Assembly (NCBI RefSeq): GCF_035285525.1
Contig: NZ_JAYKGW010000018.1
Span: 1-32,000 of the forward strand
Direction of reading: 5' to 3'
Source of the DNA: Okeania sp.
GTDB lineage: Bacteria; Cyanobacteriota; Cyanobacteriia; Cyanobacteriales; Microcoleaceae
Length of the DNA stretch: 32,000 nucleotides
Both the position numbers and the translations under genes were made by a program. Position 1 is the stretch's first letter; every line of letters begins with the position of its first letter. Shown in pieces: positions 19,352 through 27,212 of the stretch. Under the pieces are notes generated by a model that had not been told where the DNA came from, did no database searches, and saw only the letters and a list, made by a program, of their open reading frames with translations.

Positions 19352-19540
19352 ATGCAAACAAAAGAATTCCAGTTTTTTGTGAAAAAGTGGAATATTAAAG
19401 ACGCATCGTTTACCAGTTATCTACTTATGAACAAAAATTATTTTGTTCAGAAACAAATCAGAATTTCAAATAATTTATTCATTGTAATATTTTTCTTGAT
19501 TCCAGTTATTATTGCTGGGATTATTCTTGATTCGAGATAA
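19352..19540 (+). CDS. Small hypothetical protein (62 aa) with one C-terminal TM helix; coding status uncertain
   Basis: Track ORF in a very AT-rich region, directly upstream of the interrupted membrane-protein gene. Confidence 0.25.
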   Translation: MQTKEFQFFVKKWNIKDASFTSYLLMNKNYFVQKQIRISNNLFIVIFFLIPVIIAGIILDSR

Positions 19541-19571
19541 ATAAATTTCAACAAATTATGAAGTAGGTAAA

Positions 19572-20036
19572 ATGCGAGGATTGTTACTTTTTATATTTGC
19601 AGCAGTCTCTATCTGGGACTTTGTAACCAGTCTTTTAGGTGTAATTGGTATCTTTGGAGTAACTGATTAGAAACAAGAAGATATTCCTATCTATATAACT
19701 ACTCTTATTAGTAGTGCTTTGATTTTGGGTTTGAGTATCAATACAGAAGAAATTTGGTCAAAATCTGCAAATAATAAATACAAAGTTTTAATGCCATTTC
19801 ACATAATTGCCGTATTTTTTGATGCTTATACATATTTTTTAGGAACTGCACAAAATTTTTTATTAAAGGATAGTCGCACAGCTTTTATAACTATAGGTTT
19901 TGGAGAAGTTTGGGAAAGAACAACTTTTGAACAGAGAAAATTATTTTTTATTTGTAACAGCATTAGTCACAATGAGTCCTATTGCATTCTCAAAATTCAG
20001 ACATTAAAAATTATTGATACTAAATTAAAAAAATAG
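19572..20036 (+). pseudogene. Small membrane protein gene (~154 codons) interrupted by one in-frame TAG (19668-19670)
   Basis: The ATG at 19572 (MRGLLLFIFAAVSIWDFVTSLLGVIGIFGVTD*) is in the same frame as track ORF 19719..20036 (TTG start). The residues between them (KQEDIPIYITTLISSALILG) continue a TM helix. Confidence 0.5.
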
Positions 20037-20366
20037 TTATAGTCGAAATATCTACAAAACCTACAATGGTGCATCTCGTATCTGCAAAAATACTTTTTTT
20101 CTATTTCCTATTCTCTTTTCCCTTTTCTCTTAATACTGTTTTATAAAAACAGGATTTATCTAAGGTTAAAATTTTTATTATATTCTGACAGAAAAATTGC
20201 CTTTAAAGCTTCCTCTTTCAAGAGGATGAAAAATTAACTTTAGTATTTCAAGCAAGCATACTTCAGCCAGAGGTGCTGATAAATGAAATTGCCTAAGTCG
20301 TCAATTTACAAATATTGAGATGCACCGTTTTATGATTTTTTTCACTTAAGTTAAATTATCAATTTA

Positions 20367-21978
20367 ATGATGATGAATAACTGGCAACCAGGTACTTTGT
20401 TAAATAACCGCAGATATAGTATAGAAAAAATTTTAGGACAAGGAGGCTTCGGGATTACCTATTTAGCACGAGAAAATTATACTAAGAAAAAAGTAGTTAT
20501 TAAAACCTTAAATTATCAAGTACAAAAATTACCTAATTTTGATTATTTTCAAGACAAATTTAGAGAGGAAGCTGAACAACTGAAAAGATGCCAACATAAG
20601 AATATCGTAAAATTTTATAATTCTTTTCAAGAAAGTAAACTCTATTGTATTGTTATGGAATATATCGAGGGAGATAACTTACTTGTTGTTATTAATAAAC
20701 AAGGAACATTACCAGAACAAAAAGCCCTTAATTATATTCGACAAATTGCTAATGCACTGACAGTTGTTCACAATCCAAATATTCTGCATCGGAATATAAA
20801 ACCAGAAAACATAATATTACGCAGAAATAAAGAAGAAGTAATTTTAATTGACTTTGGTATTGCCCGTGAATTTATTCCCAATCAAACCAATAGCTTCACC
20901 CAATTTTATACACCCGGTTATGCACCTATAGAACAATATACACGCAAACATAAACCAGGACAATATACGGATATTTATGCTCTAGCAGCTACACTTTATT
21001 TCCTATTAACTAAATCTCCATTACCTAACTCTATAGAGAGATATCATCATCAATTAGCAATACATAAAACCCCATTGCCAAAAAAAGCTCGTTTCGTATT
21101 AAAATTGTCTTTTAAACTGACAGAAAAAAGCTAGATATGACCTATTAGTAGAACCCAAATAAATTAATAAAAAAATTAGCGATCGCCTCAATTATGCCAT
21201 TATTAAAGGAATGGAAATTCAACCTGAAGACCGTCCTCAAACTGTCCAAGAATGGTTGAGATTACTTCAAGTAAAACCTCAGAACATTATGTCTAAAATG
21301 TCTCAGGTTTCTCAAAGAATTATGTCTCAAATGGCTACCTTAAAGATTCCAGGTGTACAACCTATTTATCAAAAATATATTTCTCAAAATTATGTCAAAA
21401 GTTTTTATACAGGAGAAGCTAATGGATTATTGATGGGAATAGGTGTGTTTATATTTGTTGTTATAATTTATATCTTTTCTCCCAAGCTACATTTTTCGAT
21501 AAATTCTTCACCTTCAATAGATAAAGAAATAGATTATACAGCTTTGGAAAATTTATTGTCATCCGATAAATTTGAAGAAGCAGACGAAGAAACACTAAAA
21601 ATATTACTTTCATTAGTAGGGCGAGAAAACAACTATTGGCTTGATTTAGAACATATCGAAAATATCCCTTGTCAAGACTTAGATAAAATTAATCAATTGT
21701 GGATTTACTATAGTAACGGCAAATTTGGATTTAGCATTCAAAAAGAGATTTGGATATAATTAGGAGGTGAACTAGAAATTTATGATGTGGCGATCGCTGA
21801 CTTTTTTATTAAGGAAGTAGGATAGGGCGAGAAAAATAAAAGATATAAAAATATTATATATGAGATTTCAGCCCCTTACGGACATCTTCCTTTTAGAGCT
21901 ACTACTCATGCTCGGCATTTTAATGTTCCTTATATAGCGGAAAAACTGGAGAAATGTAAGTCTGATAATAGCTTATAA
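20367..21978 (+). pseudogene. Ser/Thr protein kinase with C-terminal GUN4 domain, disrupted (one frameshift and three in-frame stops; HRD changed to HRN)
   Basis: - Kinase motifs GQGGFG, VVIKTL and DFG are present, but the catalytic loop is HRNIKPEN (AAT at 20793-20795).
- The frame changes near 21.06-21.14 kb.
- There is a TAA at 21160 within LVEPK*INKKISDRLNYAIIKGMEIQPEDRPQ.
- The GUN4-like block IPCQDLDKINQLWIYYSNGKFGFSIQKEIW continues in frame through TAA 21757 and TAG 21823 (EVG*), as far as GHLP and the final stop at 21976-21978. Confidence 0.75.
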
Positions 21979-22136
21979 TTTTATCTAGTTCCCTAAAACC
22001 AACAAATTTACTATAGCCTTTTTCCAAACTATGAGATACACATATCTATCCCCCCTAAATCCCCCCTTCCGAAGGGGGGATAAAAACTGTACCTAAACGA
22101 CTCAATAATTGCTATATAATTATCAAAAGTGTAAAA

Positions 22137-22628
22137 TTGGAAAAATTAATTCTCGGATTAGACCCAGGTTTAGCAACTTTAGGATTTGGATTAATTAAGT
22201 GTATTTATAATGCAAAAACCAAGGAAATAGATTCTACTTCTATGGTTGATTTTGGAGTTATTAAAACTACAAAAAAACAAGAAATGGGAGAACGTCTCGT
22301 CACAATATATGAAGATTTGCACACTATTTTGAATACTTTTAAACCAGACTTAGCAGCTATAGAAAAGTTATTCTTTTATCGGATGGGCAATACAATTTTG
22401 GTTGCTCAAGCTAGAGGAGTTTTAGTATTAGTATTAGCGCAACATGGGATTCCACTAATTGAGTTTTCACCTCCACAAATTAAGCAAATAATAACAGGTT
22501 ATGGGAATGCTAATAAATCTGATGTGCAACAAGCAGTTGCTAGAGAATTAGATTTAGACGAAATCCCTAAACCGGACGATGCGGCCGATGCTTTAGCAGT
22601 TGCTATAGCAGCAAGTTGGTTGGAATAG
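22137..22628 (+). CDS. ruvC: Crossover junction endodeoxyribonuclease RuvC
   Basis: 163 aa. Has N-terminal [14 protein letters not shown] and C-terminal [10 protein letters not shown]. The start is a TTG per the ORF track, so the start position is uncertain. Confidence 0.85.
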   Translation: MEKLILGLDPGLATLGFGLIKCIYNAKTKEIDSTSMVDFGVIKTTKKQEMGERLVTIYEDLHTILNTFKPDLAAIEKLFFYRMGNTILVAQARGVLVLVLAQHGIPLIEFSPPQIKQIITGYGNANKSDVQQAVARELDLDEIPKPDDAADALAVAIAASWLE

Positions 22629-22656
22629 ATACCACATTACCCACGAAAAAATGTAG

Positions 22657-22832
22657 TATAGCGCTGCACGCAGGGAACAGGGAACACAGAAGGTGGGAAC
22701 AGGGAGAATGAATGGCAGATAATATAAGGCTTTTAGCTATTGGACAGCTCCTGCAACTTGTAAAGATTAAGTGCGCACATTGCTATATAGCGCTACGCAC
22801 TAGGGAATAGGGAACACAGAAGGTGGGAACAG
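22657..22832. repeat. Two ~47-bp direct repeats (22657-22702 and 22786-22832) downstream of ruvC
   Basis: tatagcgctgcacgcagggaacagggaacacagaaggtgggaacag versus tatagcgctacgcactagggaatagggaacacagaaggtgggaacag. Confidence 0.75.
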
Positions 22833-23230
22833 CAGATTATCAAAGGGTTTTAGAATTTAAAAATCTCCTAATTTTTGCTTCGACTGCTATACACAGCGAT
22901 CGCTCCATTTAAGAAACTATCAAATGAAAGTTCATTTATCTATATAGGGCAAGCGGGCTGGAAATATCAAAGTCTTTATATATAAAGGTTTTAGGCTTTT
23001 TAGGTGGTGAAAAAGTACCAAATTTTTGCCCCTTTTAGCTGAAAAAATGAGTATTTTGGTTATATTGGGGCACTCAAGTCCAGGGATAATTTTTCCAAGT
23101 ACGTCCTCTATAAATCCTGATTCCTCTTGACTTCCCCTCCACGGTCGGGGTTAGGGGTGGGTTTACTCCCTACTCCCTATCGTCACAAAAAGACTTTTGA
23201 GGGCAAACCCTAGTTAATTAATAATTAATC

Positions 23231-23433
23231 AGGACTTACGCAAAGGTACTATATATAGAGTTAAAAAACTATTGTACAATAGTTTTACAGCACTTTTCAC
23301 TCTCGATGAACCACATCGTCATAAGCAAAATCTTGTAGGGACGTTGCATAACAAAAATGCTAACGTCCCTACTGTGGTTTACTGATATGAAAACTGCTGT
23401 AAGCGCTATATCTAGAGTTGCTGCGTAAGTCCT
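23231..23433. mobile_element. Family-C MITE carrying a ~114-bp nested insertion
   Basis: Both ends match the 89-bp copy at 564-652. The insert (~23288-23401) contains the hairpin gtagggacgttgcat...gctaacgtccctac. Track ORF 23269..23451 (-) is judged spurious. Confidence 0.7.
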
Positions 23434-23606
23434 GTTAATGTTCTGTTGCAAAACCAGGAAAGTGTAAAACTCGATCTATAATTATTCCGTAAAATCGGCG
23501 ATCGCCTGCTTTTCCTAATACTTTTTGAATTTTTTTATTTTGGACAAAATAAGAGTCCATTTTCAATTAATAATTGACGTTCTTCTATTCTTTCTAGGCG
23601 GTTAAA

Positions 23607-23957
23607 TTATAAAAGTCGAGCAGTAACTCTCCCTTTAGCTGAAGAGGGAATAATTCTACCATTTTTGATGGAAAAATGGTCTAACCAAATATCCTGACGG
23701 GGATGATATAGAGAGGTAATATCTCCAGTATCTGGGTCTATAGAAGTTAAATCAGTGCTCTTATATTGATTGCACAAAGTACAGGATAATGCTAAATTAT
23801 TTTCCTCTGTTGAACCTCCATGTTTTTCAGCAATAATATGATCTATTTCGTGAGTAGCAAAAGTTAAAAATTCTGGAATTCAACAATATTCACAACACTC
23901 ATTAGCAGGTTCTCAAACTAATCGTCGTAAGGCAGACAAAATCCTAGTTTTACTCAT
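23607..23957 (-). pseudogene. HNH endonuclease gene with two in-frame TGA codons (23913-23915 and 23880-23882)
   Basis: Manual translation gives MSKTRILSALRRLV*EPANECCEYC*IPEFLTFATHEIDHIIAEKHGGSTEENNLALSCTLCNQYKSTD... The CxxC...HxxDHI...N...CxxCN pattern marks an HNH domain. The start overlaps the upstream ORF's stop in ATGA. Confidence 0.7.
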
Positions 23958-24322
23958 ATTTGATATTTTTTTTGTTTTAATTTAAGGTAAGCTTGAGCTT
24001 TAGCAATACGAACTAAATGTTCTAAATATTGATATTGTTCCCACTGTTTTTTGTCTTCATTCATAAGTTCCGAACTCCGATTTTTTTCTAATAAAATATT
24101 GATTTGATTTTGCAAATTTTCGGAAGGACGCAGGGCAAGAATTTCTTCAGGAGAGGGTAAAGAAACTAAAAATTCTAAAAGGTTAGCAATTCCTTTTAAA
24201 CCTGCAGTTGAACTAGCATTTAATTCCCGCATTCCTAGTTCTAAATTTTGGGGTAATTCTTTCTCAAAATAATCAAGGCGTGAAATTAATTCATCTGGAA
24301 TATTTAGAGTAATTTGTGGCAT
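23954..24322 (-). CDS. Hypothetical 122-aa protein, intact; upstream partner of the HNH pseudogene (antitoxin/adaptor-like, helical, C-terminal coiled-coil character)
   Basis: Intact track ORF whose stop TGA overlaps the HNH ATG (ATGA), implying translational coupling. Confidence 0.6.
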   Translation of the reverse strand: MPQITLNIPDELISRLDYFEKELPQNLELGMRELNASSTAGLKGIANLLEFLVSLPSPEEILALRPSENLQNQINILLEKNRSSELMNEDKKQWEQYQYLEHLVRIAKAQAYLKLKQKKYQI

Positions 24323-24400
24323 ATATCTATCCTGTTTATTATTTGATATTAAAATGATATAACTATTTGATTTCCTTTTTAATTTTAATTTTTATTTGGG

Positions 24401-24451
24401 GCGATCGCTACATTTAAGAAACCATAAAATTCAAGTTCTTTTATCTATATA
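24401..24451 (-). promoter_or_regulatory. Conserved ~50-bp motif starting with HIP1, ~80-130 nt upstream of the 122-aa ORF; candidate promoter/operator
   Basis: gcgatcgctacatttaagaaaccataaaattcaagttcttttatctatataa matches ~80% of gcgatcgctccatttaagaaactatcaaatgaaagttcatttatctatatag at 22896-22947. Confidence 0.25.
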
Positions 24452-24489
24452 AATTAGACTTATTTATCTGAGAGCAATAAGTATTTATT

Positions 24490-24916
24490 TTATTTAAACA
24501 GATTAATGATCTTGAGTTTTTTTTTAAACTATCAAACCATCTTGTATATCTTCAGAATAAAGAACATTTGCACCTCCAGCTAAAGCACTAGCAAAAATTA
24601 AGCTATCCCAAAATGATCAACTATATTGATTGCGTAAGTTTGAAGCAGATTCCAGAATAATTAACTCAAATGTTAAGACCTGACAGCGATTATAAATATA
24701 TTGAATAATTGTCTTAATTTGACTTTCATTAAATTTAGCTTTTTTAATTAACTTAAGTGAAAGTTTATTGATTACTTGGATACTAATAATAAGATTGGGT
24801 TATTCTGTAATAGCAGTAGCAATCTTCCGCTTTCTTTCTCTTTCTATGGCTTCTATCCGTTGGTCATTAAACAAGGGATCAAGCCAAACATTTGTATCAA
24901 GAAAATTTAGTTCCAT
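24490..24916 (-). pseudogene. PIN-domain (VapC-like) toxin gene with in-frame TAA (24800-24802), in-frame TGA (24617-24619) and a probable 1-nt frameshift at an A9 run (24517-24525)
   Basis: Manual translation gives MELNFLDTNVWL...ITE*PNLIISIQ...NLRNQYS*SFWDSLIFASALAGGANVLYSEDIQDGLIV*. After a frame shift it reads KKKLKIINLFK*. The FLDTN, WDSLI and SED blocks are PIN hallmarks. Confidence 0.65.
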
Positions 24917-24928
24917 TTTAGTTAACGA

Positions 24929-24991
24929 TTAACTTTCATAAATTTGTTCCCTGGTTAAAAAGCTATCGACTTTAATTGGCTTTAGGGAAAC
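24929..24991 (-). pseudogene. C-terminal stub (~20 codons) of the antitoxin that preceded the PIN gene
   Basis: ...*VSLKPIKVDSFLTREQIYES* ends 12 nt before the PIN ATG. The upstream part is replaced by a small hairpin repeat (gttgggtttcttacctcaacccaac, ~25050-25075). Confidence 0.3.
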
Positions 24992-25077
24992 CTAACAATT
25001 AATACTCGTGAAATAACACATATTCTAGTCTGGCTTTAATGACAAAAAGTTGGGTTTCTTACCTCAACCCAACCTAC

Positions 25078-25406
25078 TTAATGCAAGAATTTATAGCTTA
25101 CAGAAACATCAGAAAATTGTCGCACAAAAAGCGAATGAAAAGCCAAAACAATATCAGATTTTCCGCACCTAAATCTAATAGTTGTTGAGCAATTCCTTGC
25201 TCAGTAAAATCTTCCTAAATCCATATTTTCCCATCTTTAATATCAACATGAATAAAACAACCATAATCCCATTGTTCATTTTGTCAGCGCTGATTTATTT
25301 CCGAATCCAAAATCAGTTGTGTTTCATATTGTGAATCTTGAGTATGATATTGATAGTGTTCTTTCACTATTTGCATGACAATTTCTGGATAATTTAATCG
25401 CTCCAT
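25078..25406 (-). pseudogene. xisI: xisI-like gene (XisI family) with in-frame TGA (25284-25286), in-frame TAG (25215-25217) and a C-terminal frameshift
   Basis: Manual translation gives MERLNYPEIVMQIVKEHYQYH...INQR*QNEQWDYGCFIHVDIKDGKIWI*EDFTEQGIAQQLLDLG. After the frameshift it reads KSDIVLAFHSLFVRQFSDVSV. DIKDGKIWIQxDxTE and DIVLAFH are XisI hallmarks (from memory). The last ~15 codons of an xisH-like ORF (..NSTWEVIVLWSD*, ~25394-25445) overlap its start. Confidence 0.65.
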
Positions 25407-25755
25407 AACACAATTACCTCCCAAGTACTATTAACCCCACAATATTGTCCTGAGAATTTGACTAATAAGAAAGATAAATAAAAATGATTTCTACATTATA
25501 AATACCTAATCAATATTTCCACTTTATTTACTTAGAATCTGCTGTAATTGTTATCCTCAATACATTATTAATAAATGATTTGTATTAACAAAAGACAATA
25601 TGAACAAGTCAAAAGTCTTAAAACATTAAGATTAACTTAACAATTTGTATAATTATGAGTTAAAGTAAATAATTGTAAAGAAATATAAGATTTTTGCCTT
25701 TCATTTTTAAAACAAACATTTATTGTCCACTTTTTGGATATAAACAAAACATACA

Positions 25756-26562
25756 ATGATAAAACTTTTTTCAAAAAAACTTTTTGTGTCAATTACAGCC
25801 ATCTTCCTAGCTTTATCAACTTTCGCTCTAGCTCCAAAAGTTGCTCAAGCTTACGACAACCCAGATTTACTTCCAGCAGAGCAAACACCAATTATTGACC
25901 TAGCTAGGACTTTCACAGACATTCAAGAAGAATCACTAGCCAAAGACTTAGAACAATTTGAAACAGAAACTGGTTGGAAACTGAGAGTTCTAACTCAATT
26001 TGACAGTACCCCAGGTAGAGCAGTTAAAGATTTTTGGGGACTTGATAATAACAGTGTATTGTTAGTAGCGGACTCCCGTGGTGGTAATATTCTTAACTTT
26101 AATGTCGGTCGCGCTCTCTATCAATTTTTGCCCCGGACATTTTGGGTAGAGTTGCAAACTCGCTACGGTAATCAATTTTTTGTGCGAGATCAAGGTGAAG
26201 ACCAATCAATTATTCAATCATTAGAATCTATCAAAATTTGTTTACGTCAAGGTGGTTGTAACGTCGTACCAGGTTTACCACGGGAACAGTGGATTTTAAC
26301 TTTAATTACATCAGCTATTGGTGGATTAATTTGTGGCTTTGCAGCTCAACCTCGTAAATCAAACCAAGCCTTTTCTTGGCAATGGGCGTTAATATTTTCT
26401 CCATTGTGGGGAATTTTATTTATTGCTTTTGGTATTGGTCCAGTAGTATCGAGAACTTCAGATTGGTTGCCATTAACTCGTAATGTTGCAGCTTTTCTGA
26501 TTGGTGCTTTAGCTGCTTATCTAACTCCATTTCTGAGTCAATCTTCTCCTTCTGAAACTTAA
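25756..26562 (+). CDS. TPM-domain protein (TLP18.3/Psb32-like) with signal peptide and C-terminal TM helices
   Basis: 268 aa. Signal peptide ...LAPKVAQA|YDN. TPM-like core IIDLARTFTDIQEESLAKDLEQFETETGWKLRVLT...NNSVLLVAD. Three hydrophobic C-terminal segments. Confidence 0.65.
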   Translation: MIKLFSKKLFVSITAIFLALSTFALAPKVAQAYDNPDLLPAEQTPIIDLARTFTDIQEESLAKDLEQFETETGWKLRVLTQFDSTPGRAVKDFWGLDNNSVLLVADSRGGNILNFNVGRALYQFLPRTFWVELQTRYGNQFFVRDQGEDQSIIQSLESIKICLRQGGCNVVPGLPREQWILTLITSAIGGLICGFAAQPRKSNQAFSWQWALIFSPLWGILFIAFGIGPVVSRTSDWLPLTRNVAAFLIGALAAYLTPFLSQSSPSET

Positions 26563-26568
26563 AAAAAT

Positions 26569-26774
26569 AAGCATTCAATCGTCAGCTAGCCTCCTACAGA
26601 GGAACTGCGTTAACAGCTATCAACTATGAGTTATTAACTCACTTTCATACTGAAGAAGGAGTTAGTCTCGAAAAAGAATTAAAACTTATGTTTTCGTAGC
26701 ATTTCGTAGGAAAAAAAAAGGCAACGAACTAACTGTAGTAAATTATTAAATTCAAAAGCTAAAAGCTGAATGCT
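26569..26774. mobile_element. MITE-like element, family D (~206 bp), starting 7 nt after the TPM gene stop
   Basis: aagcattcaatcgtcagctagcctcctacagaggaac...aaaagctgaatgct. Aligns with 13052-13261. Confidence 0.65.
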
Positions 26775-26967
26775 GACAATAATTTTATCTATCTAAACTG
26801 AAAAAAATTAAAAAATAGGAATGTTTGATTAATTCAATTATTCCTATTTTTTATTGTTTGAAGTAGTTTTGTTGCTGAGAGCTAATATCAAATCCGGTAC
26901 GGTATAATTCGCTCGGAGTAGGGGTTTGGTCTCCAAACCCTTAGAATCTAGGAGTTTTAGCCAATTT

Positions 26968-27178
26968 GTAGGGGCGGGTTTCATTATTAAGTTAACGAGT
27001 ATTCACCGATAAATTAGCTAAACCCGCCTTCCATGATATCACGCACTAAACCCGCCTTCCATGATATAGCCAACTGTCCTAGGGGGCGGGTTTATATAAA
27101 TCTTGGAGTAACCATGAAAATTCTGGCTCAAACCCGCCCCTACGCTTTGCACTATTTTAGGTGAAACAATGCACTACT
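26968..27178. repeat. Two adjacent GGGGCGGGTTT-type hairpin elements (the second is a family-A unit in inverted orientation)
   Basis: First element: gtaggggcgggtttcatt...aaacccgccttcc, with a duplicated right arm at 27020-27060. Second element: gggggcgggtttatataaatcttgg...aaacccgcccctac...gcactattttaggtgaaac (27082-27178). Confidence 0.65.
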
Positions 27179-27212
27179 AATAGCGTCCATGGGTAAGTCC
27201 AGTATATGAATA

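Noticed and set aside
18900-22000. The AT-rich stretch as an active horizontally acquired defence island
   Set aside because: It contains no intact enzyme-sized gene. Its only recognisable content is a broken kinase-GUN4 gene and small, uncertain or broken membrane ORFs.
23880-25286. In-frame TGA codons as Trp/Sec recoding or genetic-code reassignment
   Set aside because: TGA terminates the intact GH57 gene and the intact 122-aa ORF. TAA and TAG also interrupt the same broken genes, which additionally carry frameshifts. No SECIS-like context was noticed.
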